Shown here in pieces: positions 28,907-37,159 of a stretch of DNA of 64,000 nt. A program made the translations under genes and the position numbers. The first letter of the stretch is position 1, and every line of letters begins with the position of its first letter. This DNA comes from Bacteroidales bacterium. GTDB taxonomy: Bacteria; Bacteroidota; Bacteroidia; Bacteroidales; GCA-2748055. Under the pieces are notes generated by a model that ran no database searches, had not been told where the DNA came from, and saw only the letters and a program-made list of their open reading frames with translations. The stretch covers positions 2,267 to 66,266 of the forward strand of contig JBBQAQ010000001.1 in NCBI GenBank assembly GCA_038316435.1, given 5' to 3'.

Positions 28907-29651
28907 TTACTTTTTTATATGCTTTAACTTTTATTTTGAAATTATTATTCTTGGTATGTTCTTCAATCATTGCAATAGCCGTGCAATATTTACTAAAGGA
29001 TGAACTTTTAATGCCTAACTCCTGTAGCTTCTGTTCTATAAAAGTGATAGGTTCGTCCTTTGATTTCTTAACTTCTGCAATTACTAAATTTCCCAAGTTA
29101 GCTTCTTTCCCAAGCCTCTCGAGCTTAAGGTTAAAATCCATGGTAATTCGTTCTCTTTCATTATTACTCACCAGAGTAATCCTGTTAAAATGGTTTGTTG
29201 CTTGTGCAAGGAGTTGATCGCCAGAAAGATGAGTATGCTTTGAAAAAAAAGCTCTATCTTCATCAGTAAGTACCTCCAGATTTTTATCTGTACTAACCCG
29301 TCTTTTGAATGTTATTCCTTTGTTACTCTTAAACTTAATCTCTGAAAAAGAAATATTATTGGCGATATATAGTCGTTTCCTTAATTTAAAACGATTCAGT
29401 TTGCCATTGTGATGATCAAGGTAAAGTTTTAACGAGGGAGTGTCGTAATATACTGTTTTATAGGGTTGCACTAAATATTTTTCAACTTGTAATATCCTGT
29501 AATGATCCTGAATTTCCGAAATAAGCCAGGGTAAAAGTTTTAAACTGAAAAAGTATTTTATGTCAATACGCTCATTAAAAGCAATTTGCTTCATATCTTC
29601 CAGGCGGGTAACTTTAAAGCCTCCTACAAGTGAATTCAAATCTATTGACAT
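28896..29651 (-). CDS. VTC-domain protein (triphosphate-tunnel, polyphosphate-polymerase-like)
   Basis: Alternating basic/acidic beta-strand signature of the VTC/TTM tunnel: ERIDIKYF, YKTVYYDT, NRFKLRKRLY, SEIKFK, RERITMDFNL, VIAEVK and SFSKYC. Confidence 0.65.
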   Translation of the reverse strand: MSIDLNSLVGGFKVTRLEDMKQIAFNERIDIKYFFSLKLLPWLISEIQDHYRILQVEKYLVQPYKTVYYDTPSLKLYLDHHNGKLNRFKLRKRLYIANNISFSEIKFKSNKGITFKRRVSTDKNLEVLTDEDRAFFSKHTHLSGDQLLAQATNHFNRITLVSNNERERITMDFNLKLERLGKEANLGNLVIAEVKKSKDEPITFIEQKLQELGIKSSSFSKYCTAIAMIEEHTKNNNFKIKVKAYKKVNDG

Positions 29652-29878
29652 TGATGTATGTAATATATTAAAAAATTGTGTTTATAAAGTTAATTTTATT
29701 TTTTCAAAAAGCTTGAGTTTTTGTAAAAAAGGTCTGAATTTACAATGTTTCTAATTAGTAGATTAAAAATGGTAAAGCACTAAAAGCTCCTTTATATTGT
29801 TTTTCTGTTTTAGTTTTATTGCACACAAAAAAAACAATAAAATGTATTTGCTTCTTGAGATACAAGGCATATTTTTTA

Positions 29879-29886
29879 TACTTTTG
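29879..29886 (+). promoter_or_regulatory. Candidate -7 promoter box (TAnnTTTG) for rubredoxin
   Basis: TACTTTTG lies 48 nt upstream of the ATG at 29934. Confidence 0.3.
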
Positions 29887-29933
29887 TTCCAGTCAATTAA
29901 ATCATTGAATCTTATTATTTTATAACAACAAAA

Positions 29934-30095
29934 ATGCAAAAATTTAAATGCATTATCTGCGGATTTGTATACGATCCGGAAGAAGGAGATCCCGATGGAG
30001 GAATACCTCCTGGAACGGCATTTGAAGATATTCCGGATACATGGATATGTCCTGTTTGTGGTGTTAGAAAAGCTGACTTTGAACCCGTTGATTAA
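29934..30095 (+). CDS. Rubredoxin
   Basis: My own translation is [53 protein letters not shown], with two CxxCG iron-binding knuckles. It is absent from the ORF track, presumably because it is only 53 aa. Confidence 0.9.
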   Translation: MQKFKCIICGFVYDPEEGDPDGGIPPGTAFEDIPDTWICPVCGVRKADFEPVD

Positions 30096-30103
30096 TATCT
30101 ACT

Positions 30104-31564
30104 TCATTTTTTAGGTGTTTTTTCCAAAACAGAAAGCAGTAATTTCCAGAATTTTGAAGTAGATTCTATACTTAATCTTTCATCCGGTGAGTGTGCACCT
30201 CGAATTGTTGGTCCAAATGATACCATGTCAAGTTCTGGAAATTTCTCCAGAAATAGTCCACATTCAAGTCCTGCATGTATTGCTCTTACTATCGGCTCAT
30301 TCCCAAATAATTCCTTGTAACTTTCTTTGGATATTTTAAGAATTTCACTGTTCTGATTTGGCTTCCAGCCAGGATAGCCAGTACTGTGACTTACGCTTGC
30401 TTTACCCATAGTAAAAATATTCTGAACCTGATCAGAGATATCTTTTCGTGCTGAATCAACGGAGCTTCTCTGACTAGTGGTAACCTGAATCTCACTGTCA
30501 CTTATAAATTTGATTGAAGCCAAATTGGTAGAAGTTTCAACTAATCCAGGCATTTCCCTGCTCCATTCGATAACTCCATGTGGGCAGGCATATAAGCAGT
30601 CGAGCAATCTTGATTGAGCTTTTTTGTTTATAACATTTAGAGGTGGATCTGCATGCAAAAGTTGCATAATTAGGGAAGGCTCAGTAGTTTTTAATTCTGA
30701 ACCGACAAGGATTACATAATTATCAAAATATGCTTTACAGCCTTCATAATGCTCCGGAGCTATTGTGAAAATAGCCCGCGCTTCTCTTGCGATAGCATTT
30801 CGGAGATTCCCACCGTCAAAATGAGCAAGCCTTGCACCAAAATCATTTGATATGTTCCACAAAAATCGTGTGATAATCTTATTTGAGTTTCCTAATCCTT
30901 TGTGAATATCATCTCCTGAATGTCCACCTTTTAGACCTTTTACACTTATTTCGAATGCTAAACATTTTTCAGGTGCATTCTTCAACTTGTATTTAAAAAT
31001 AGCAACCGTATCATTTCCCCCGGCGCAACCAATAAAAAGTTCACCTTCATCTTCTGAATCAAGATTTAACAATGTCTTTCCTTCAAAAAAGCCCTTTTCA
31101 AGTGCAAATGCACCAGATAGACCTGTTTCTTCATCAACAGTAAAAAGACATTCAATAGAGCCATGCGCTATATCATCAGACGCCAGAACAGCCATTTGGG
31201 CAGCTACTCCTATACCATCATCTGCACCTAAAGTAGTTCCCTTTGCTTTTACCCAATCTCCCTCAATAAAAACTTTGAGTGAGTCCTTTTCGAAATCATG
31301 CAATGTATCAGAGTTTTTCTCTCCAACCATATCGAGATGAGATTGCAAAACAATTGTTTTACATTTTTCCATACCCTTTGTGGCGCCTTTTTTTATTAAT
31401 AGGTTTCCGGCCTTATCAACCTGATAATCAAGCTTGAATTTTTTTGCAAATTCAATTATGTGATTACGTATCTGTTCTTCTTTTTTAGATGGACGAGGTA
31501 TTGCGCATATATCTTCAAAATACATCCACAGTTCTTTTGGCTCCAGAACACTTAGTTTTTTCAT
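30104..31564 (-). CDS. pepD: Aminoacyl-histidine (Xaa-His) dipeptidase, M20C
   Basis: LEPKELWMYFEDICAIPRPSKKEE, LQSHLDMV, GTTLGADDGIG and HAGLECG are hallmark PepD segments. Confidence 0.9.
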   Translation of the reverse strand: MKKLSVLEPKELWMYFEDICAIPRPSKKEEQIRNHIIEFAKKFKLDYQVDKAGNLLIKKGATKGMEKCKTIVLQSHLDMVGEKNSDTLHDFEKDSLKVFIEGDWVKAKGTTLGADDGIGVAAQMAVLASDDIAHGSIECLFTVDEETGLSGAFALEKGFFEGKTLLNLDSEDEGELFIGCAGGNDTVAIFKYKLKNAPEKCLAFEISVKGLKGGHSGDDIHKGLGNSNKIITRFLWNISNDFGARLAHFDGGNLRNAIAREARAIFTIAPEHYEGCKAYFDNYVILVGSELKTTEPSLIMQLLHADPPLNVINKKAQSRLLDCLYACPHGVIEWSREMPGLVETSTNLASIKFISDSEIQVTTSQRSSVDSARKDISDQVQNIFTMGKASVSHSTGYPGWKPNQNSEILKISKESYKELFGNEPIVRAIHAGLECGLFLEKFPELDMVSFGPTIRGAHSPDERLSIESTSKFWKLLLSVLEKTPKK

Positions 31565-31673
31565 ATATTCTCAAAAAATATGTTGTATAAAACAATGCTA
31601 CTAAATAGCTTTTTCAATAAATACAGGATCGTTTTTTTATAATACATTTACCCGTCAAAAATAACAAATTATC

Positions 31674-32864
31674 ATGGCTAAAAAAACAATAATAGCTATG
31701 CCTGGTGATGGCATCGGCAGAGTAGTACTTGAAGAAGCAATCAGAGTTCTTGATGCAGCAGGCTTTCAGGCTGATTATATCGAAGGTGATATAGGTTGGG
31801 AGTTCTGGGTAAAGGAAGGTAATCCGTTACCAGAAAGAACTATCAAACTTCTTGAAGAACATAAAGTTGGGCTTTTTGGTGCTATTACGTCGAAGCCTAA
31901 AGATGCTGCTGCTGCTGAGTTGTCAGATAATCTGAAAGGTAAAGGTTTGGTTTATTCAAGCCCTATTGTAAGTCTACGGCAGTATTTCGACCTCGATATT
32001 TGCATTCGTCCATGTAAAACATATAAAGGGAACCCGCTGAATTTTATCAGGCGTGGAATTGGTAATACAATTGAAGAACCTGTTGTTGATGTGGTTATTT
32101 TCAGACAAAATACAGAAGGTTTATATGGTGGGGTCGAATGGACTAACCCTCCGGACCTTGTATACCAAGGACTTCTTTCGCATCCTAAATTTGTTCAAAA
32201 TTTCGGACATGTACCAAAGGAGGAACTATCAATCTCAACGAGGATTTTCAGCCGTAAAGCTACCGAAAGAATTCTTCGCGCATCATTTAATCATGCCAGG
32301 AAGTGGGGATATAAATCTGTGACTGTTTGTGAGAAGCCTAATGTAATCAGAGAAACATCAGGGATGATGTATAAGCTAGCACAAGAAATTCAAAAAACCG
32401 ATTTCCTGGAAATTGAATTATGGAATACAAACATCGATGCACAGATGATGTGGCTTACTAAAAACCCTGAAGACTATGGTGTAATTGTTGCAGGAAATAT
32501 GTTTGGTGACATTGTATCTGATGGATTTGCTGGTCTCATCGGTGGATTGGGATTTGCTTGCAGTGCAAACCTTGGTCAAAAAGTATCTGTATTTGAACCA
32601 ACCCATGGTTCAGCACCTAAATATGCCGACTATCCGGTTTCTATCGTAAATCCAATTGCTATGATTGCTTCAGCATGTATGATGCTGGATCATTTGGGTG
32701 AAAAAAACATCTCATCACGTATTTCGGCCTCAATTGAAAAAGTAATTTCTGAAGGTAAGGTCAAAACCTATGATATGATGAAGATGACCGGAAGACCTGA
32801 TGTAATTCAGAAAGGGGCAGCATCAACTCATCAGATGGCAGATGCAATAATCGCAAATTTGTAA
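31674..32864 (+). CDS. Isocitrate/isopropylmalate dehydrogenase-family enzyme
   Basis: IAMPGDGIGRVV N-terminus, NMFGDIVSDGFAGLIGGLG and EPTHGSAP motifs. Confidence 0.8.
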   Translation: MAKKTIIAMPGDGIGRVVLEEAIRVLDAAGFQADYIEGDIGWEFWVKEGNPLPERTIKLLEEHKVGLFGAITSKPKDAAAAELSDNLKGKGLVYSSPIVSLRQYFDLDICIRPCKTYKGNPLNFIRRGIGNTIEEPVVDVVIFRQNTEGLYGGVEWTNPPDLVYQGLLSHPKFVQNFGHVPKEELSISTRIFSRKATERILRASFNHARKWGYKSVTVCEKPNVIRETSGMMYKLAQEIQKTDFLEIELWNTNIDAQMMWLTKNPEDYGVIVAGNMFGDIVSDGFAGLIGGLGFACSANLGQKVSVFEPTHGSAPKYADYPVSIVNPIAMIASACMMLDHLGEKNISSRISASIEKVISEGKVKTYDMMKMTGRPDVIQKGAASTHQMADAIIANL

Positions 32865-32900
32865 TTTACGTCGGTTAATTGTGTTTTTATATCTTAAACT

Positions 32901-33446
32901 ATGAATAAAGAAATCTTAGCCCTCTGGCCTGAACTAGAATGGATTAGTGACAAGGAACTTAGGGAAAAAACAGCTAAAACATGGGAGGTTGCGCTTGAAA
33001 GAAGCGTTCTGACTATTGATGATTTAAATACCATTCCCTTTACTTTGCTGGTACCAGGACTTAAGGTTACTTTTATGGCTCATAAGCGCTGCGTAGTTCA
33101 TATAGCCAAAGAAGCGGGGGAGAAGTCGAATGCATTTTTTGGGTCTGATCTGCCTGTAAATATGGATGTTTTAATTTCAGGCGCAATCCTAGCGGATGTT
33201 GGTAAGCTTTTAGAATATGAACTAAAAGATGGAAAGGCTTTCCAGGGAAACTACGGAAAATACCTTCGCCATCCTTTTAGCGGTGTGTCTCTTGCTGAAT
33301 CTTGTGGAATACCTGCTGAAGTTTGCCATATAATTGCTACACATGCAGGCGAAGGGGATATGGTTAAACGTACCACAGAGGCATACATAGTTCATCATGC
33401 TGATTTTATGACTTTTGAGCCATTTCGCAGCCGCTTACAGGTCTGA
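32901..33446 (+). CDS. HD-domain protein (putative metal-dependent phosphohydrolase)
   Basis: H..HIAKEA, ILADVGK, ATHAGEGD and HHADF resemble the dispersed HD motif. Confidence 0.6.
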   Translation: MNKEILALWPELEWISDKELREKTAKTWEVALERSVLTIDDLNTIPFTLLVPGLKVTFMAHKRCVVHIAKEAGEKSNAFFGSDLPVNMDVLISGAILADVGKLLEYELKDGKAFQGNYGKYLRHPFSGVSLAESCGIPAEVCHIIATHAGEGDMVKRTTEAYIVHHADFMTFEPFRSRLQV

Positions 33447-33563
33447 TCCATATTTCTATTTAGATTTCTCAATTTTTAATTAGCTAATAATCAATTTGAT
33501 GATTGCCTAACCTCTTTTTGGTTTTAGCTTTGATATGCATTTTCACATATAGTTCTAAAAACT

Positions 33564-33571
33564 TACCTTTG
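33564..33571 (+). promoter_or_regulatory. Candidate -7 promoter box (TAnnTTTG) for the MFS gene
   Basis: TACCTTTG lies 27 nt upstream of the GTG start at 33598. Confidence 0.3.
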
Positions 33572-33597
33572 GTTTTTTAATATATCTTCAAACGATC

Positions 33598-34761
33598 GTG
33601 AAGGAAACCATCAAACTCCCAATTTTTTATTTTCTACTGTATTCTGCTTTCGCCTCCTGGATGGCTTTTTTTAATGTTCATCTTACAAAATTAGGTTTTA
33701 CCGGATTGCAAATCGGAGCGCTAAATGCTGTATTTATTTCAACCAGTGCAATTGTTGTTCCTTTTTGGGGAATGATGGCTGACCATCGTGGAAGTAACAG
33801 AATTCTTTTATTATTATCAGCATTCTGTGCGGTTCTGGTATTTTTTTTATCCTATACTACTGCTTATCTGTCTATTCTTGCAGTGGTATTTCTGATTTCG
33901 CTTTTTCAGCAACCCATGGGGGCTGTAGTTGATGGAATGGCGCTCGGACTTGTAAGGACGCGACCAGAATTATCGTATGGTAAATTTCGACTGTTTGGCT
34001 CCGCAGGTTACGCACTATCTGCCTTCGTTGTTGGATACTTCGCAATGAAAAATACTTCAGTAATTTTCAGTATTGCAGCAATTTTGTTTTCAATAATATT
34101 GGTAATTAATTTAATTACTCTTCCCCCGAAACCGCTTACTGGCAGAAACCTCGTTAATTTCGGTAGTCTGAAGGTATTCATGCAGAATAAAGTGGTTATT
34201 TCATTCTTTTTTCTAATGTTGTTTTATGGAATTGCAATTTCCCCCCTACACCAGTTTATAAATCTATATTACATTGAAATTGGAGCTTCAAATAAATTAA
34301 TAGGAACAGCATTTGCAATACAAGCAGGATTTGAAATACCATTCTTCATATTTGGAATTAAGCTTGTTAAGCGAACCAGCCCGGAATTTGTAATTTTGTT
34401 GGCCATGTTAGTATCCATCTTACGAATGGTTTTATATGGATTTATTTCAAGCCCTGAAATCGCCATTTTCATTGGTATTTTGCATGGTTTTACAATTTCC
34501 TTTTTTCTGGTGGGAGCGGTGCAGTATGTACAGTCGCATACACCGCCAGAATTAAGCACAACAGGTCAGTCAATGATCTGGGCATTTCATTTTGGCGCCG
34601 GATTAACTTTTGGGTATTTGGTTGTGGGATATTTGAAAGACTTGGTTGGAATGCAGAAAACAATGCATATTGAGGCAGTTTTTGGAATTCTGATATTGAT
34701 TGCTACAATACTGTTTTTCAGGCGCTCCAGAGTCGAACAACCGAAATACTCTAGAGATTAG
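33598..34761 (+). CDS. MFS transporter (12-TM)
   Basis: Hydrophobic 12-helix pattern and a G..ADHRGSNR loop 2-3 motif. The start in the track is a GTG. Confidence 0.75.
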   Translation: MKETIKLPIFYFLLYSAFASWMAFFNVHLTKLGFTGLQIGALNAVFISTSAIVVPFWGMMADHRGSNRILLLLSAFCAVLVFFLSYTTAYLSILAVVFLISLFQQPMGAVVDGMALGLVRTRPELSYGKFRLFGSAGYALSAFVVGYFAMKNTSVIFSIAAILFSIILVINLITLPPKPLTGRNLVNFGSLKVFMQNKVVISFFFLMLFYGIAISPLHQFINLYYIEIGASNKLIGTAFAIQAGFEIPFFIFGIKLVKRTSPEFVILLAMLVSILRMVLYGFISSPEIAIFIGILHGFTISFFLVGAVQYVQSHTPPELSTTGQSMIWAFHFGAGLTFGYLVVGYLKDLVGMQKTMHIEAVFGILILIATILFFRRSRVEQPKYSRD

Positions 34762-34798
34762 CGCTTCAACTGAATTTAACCTTAACTCCAAAAACTTT

Positions 34799-36412
34799 TT
34801 ATAGACTACTATTACAGGGTATGGAAAAAATAAAATTACTACCTTCTCCGGGTTTGCTTTCCACATGAATTTCCCCTTTGTGCTTCTCTATAAAATCTTT
34901 ACAAATGATTAATCCTAAACCGGTACCCGTTTCATTTGCAGTGCCTGTTCTGGAATGAGTTTCTGCAACATTAAAAAGTTTGTTTGCAAATTCAGTATCC
35001 ATCCCAATACCATTATCGGAAACCGATATTTTTATTGAGTCAATTGTTTTTACAGCTTTAACATCAATACAACCATCTGTATTAGTGAATTTTATTGCAT
35101 TTGAAACAAGATTTCGCAAAATAGTTTTTAGCATATCAGGATCGGCAAATACAATAATATCACTACTACCTGAATAATTTAAAGAAATCCTTTTTGAAAA
35201 AGCATTTTGACTGTGAATTTCGAAAATATTCATACATAGTGACTTCAAATTAAGTATTTGAGGATCAAAAGGAATTTTACCTGACTGCGACCGTATCCAT
35301 AATAATAAATCCTCAAGCAAATTAAATGTGTTTTGAGCTGCTTTATCCATCAATCCAATAATTCGCTCAGTTTTCTCAATCTCATAAACACGAATATTTG
35401 AATTCAATAAGCCTATAAAACCCAAAATTGAACTAAAAGGACTTTTTAAATCATGTGCGAGAATTGAAATAAATTTATCCTTATCCCCATTTGCCCTTGT
35501 CAGCTCTTCATTTTTATTCTTTATTTCTGCTTCAGCCTGCTTTCGATCGGAAATATCACGAGCAATTCCATAAGCCTCGCCTTTGTTTAAGGGTATTGTA
35601 TTAATTAGGGCTGTGCGAATTGTTCCGTCACTCCTTAGGTATTCAACCTCTCCCATATCAATAACATTGTTCTCATTTACTATTCTTTCCAATCGCTTAA
35701 CAGCACCATGAGGCGCTAGATCCATAGTAATGAGACTCTTTAATTCTTCCAGAGATTTTCCTATGAGAATTTCAGCTGCTTTGTTTGCATCAAGATATTT
35801 ACCAGTTTTAGTATCAACAATAAAAATTGCATCAATAGATCGTTCAAACAACATCCTGTAGCGTTGCTCGCTGATTAATAGTTTCTCTTCAGCAATTTTT
35901 CTTTCAGTGATATCATGGTAATTACCTAAAAGACCTTGAATATCAGGATCATGTAATAAATTAATCCCTGTAAATTCTATCCACTTGTAACTTCCGTCTT
36001 TGCATTTATAGCGACATTGAGTGGAATCTTTTGCTCCCGGATCTGTCATTAAGCATCCCATAAAAGCCTTTGCTGGTTCAACATCATCAGGATGAACGTT
36101 TTTCCAAGTACTCTCACCAATTACTTCTTCTGGATCCCAGCCAAACCATTTTTTAATATTCGGACTTTTATATCGATTAATCCCATCCTTATCAATGATT
36201 ACAATCACATCACCAATGTTAGCAACCATTTTGGCTTGTTTGGCTTCTGACCTGTGAAGAGCTTCTTCAGCCATTTTCTGCTCTGTTACATCTCTTCCTA
36301 TACCGACAATTCCAATAATATTTCCATTCTGATCCTTAAGTGGGAGTTTGGAAGTAAGGAAACATTTTTTGGGCTGATCCTTCTGAAACACAAATTCTTC
36401 GCGATTAATCAA
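34799..36412 (-). CDS. PAS-PAS-PAS-HisKA-HATPase sensor histidine kinase, C-terminal fragment of a frameshifted gene
   Basis: H-box ILAHDLKSPF, N/G boxes (NAIKFT, DNGIGM, GTGLGL) and repeated DITERK/DVTEQK PAS ends. The track start is a TTG inside a PAS domain, and the frame stays open upstream to 36532. Confidence 0.8.
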   Translation of the reverse strand: MINREEFVFQKDQPKKCFLTSKLPLKDQNGNIIGIVGIGRDVTEQKMAEEALHRSEAKQAKMVANIGDVIVIIDKDGINRYKSPNIKKWFGWDPEEVIGESTWKNVHPDDVEPAKAFMGCLMTDPGAKDSTQCRYKCKDGSYKWIEFTGINLLHDPDIQGLLGNYHDITERKIAEEKLLISEQRYRMLFERSIDAIFIVDTKTGKYLDANKAAEILIGKSLEELKSLITMDLAPHGAVKRLERIVNENNVIDMGEVEYLRSDGTIRTALINTIPLNKGEAYGIARDISDRKQAEAEIKNKNEELTRANGDKDKFISILAHDLKSPFSSILGFIGLLNSNIRVYEIEKTERIIGLMDKAAQNTFNLLEDLLLWIRSQSGKIPFDPQILNLKSLCMNIFEIHSQNAFSKRISLNYSGSSDIIVFADPDMLKTILRNLVSNAIKFTNTDGCIDVKAVKTIDSIKISVSDNGIGMDTEFANKLFNVAETHSRTGTANETGTGLGLIICKDFIEKHKGEIHVESKPGEGSNFIFSIPCNSSL

Positions 36413-36467
36413 TGGTTTTCCAGTTTGAATAACGTATGAATCGTCGGCAAAGAATTTAGATGCTGTT

Positions 36468-37064
36468 TCATGTTCGTATATGTCGAAATCTGGTAAGCGT
36501 TTCCCCCTTTGAAAAAAGAAGTGTGAAATCCCCTAAAACTTTATTGTCTTTTGAGATTTTAATTATAAATGCTTCACCAAGATTAAAAGTTTTTTCGATT
36601 ATAGAAATTACCTTTTTCGAAATTGTATCGCCTGTAAGTTCATGCAGATTATTAAATCCCGTAATAGTTTGATCTTTAATTTTTTCCGCCCGCAGAAAAT
36701 CATGTTTCCAGTGTTTGTCTATTACATCAAATCCTAGTAAGGACATTCCTTTTTGAACATTCGCATGAATGCCAGCAAGAGCAACAGTTGTGAAGTCAAG
36801 CCCATTGTCGTCAAAAATATTTAAAGTAGCATATTTAGCTCCTGAAATATCAAGTATTATCTGGGCTATCTTTTTATAATCTGGAGTCTCTTCAGAAAAG
36901 TGTATAAAATCTTCTGAAGCATAAATTAGTTTTTCCAGAAAGCTGTTTTCTATTGCTTTCTCCTTAAGGCCCTGTTCCAACTCACCTTTTACACACTCAT
37001 ATTTCTTTTGTAATTCCGATAATTCAAGCGAAAGGTCTTCTCTGGTTTTTTCTAGCTTGTTCAT
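36468..37064 (-). CDS. Coiled-coil + GAF-like sensor domain, N-terminal fragment of the same frameshifted kinase
   Basis: 198 aa. It ends inside an overlap window with the downstream frame. The domain pattern (..ILDISGAKYATLNIFDDNG...LGDFTLLFSKGE) looks GAF-like. Confidence 0.55.
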   Translation of the reverse strand: MNKLEKTREDLSLELSELQKKYECVKGELEQGLKEKAIENSFLEKLIYASEDFIHFSEETPDYKKIAQIILDISGAKYATLNIFDDNGLDFTTVALAGIHANVQKGMSLLGFDVIDKHWKHDFLRAEKIKDQTITGFNNLHELTGDTISKKVISIIEKTFNLGEAFIIKISKDNKVLGDFTLLFSKGETLTRFRHIRT

Positions 37065-37159
37065 CCTGCTGTTTTTATCTTTAATATCGAAGCTATTTTT
37101 TTATATGCGATTCAACTCAAAAAATGAGATAAACCTGCGAAAGAAATTGAGAATTCTCA

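Noticed and set aside
29652-29933. Small ORFs and the TTATTG...CAATAA inverted repeat in the VTC-rubredoxin spacer.
   Set aside because: The candidate ORFs are only a few codons long, and the 6-bp A/T-rich inverted repeat is expected by chance.
33361-33372. TACCACAGAGGC inside the HD-domain gene, resembling the inverted CCACAGAG copy of the 63.3-kb repeat array.
   Set aside because: It is a single copy within coding sequence with no phased partners, so most likely a chance match.
36468-36535. Programmed ribosomal frameshifting as the explanation for the split GAF-PAS kinase.
   Set aside because: There is no recognisable slippery heptamer plus downstream structure. A simple 1-nt indel in a C5 or A6 run, from mutation or sequencing error, is the more economical explanation. 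It is kept as a finding, but not as recoding.
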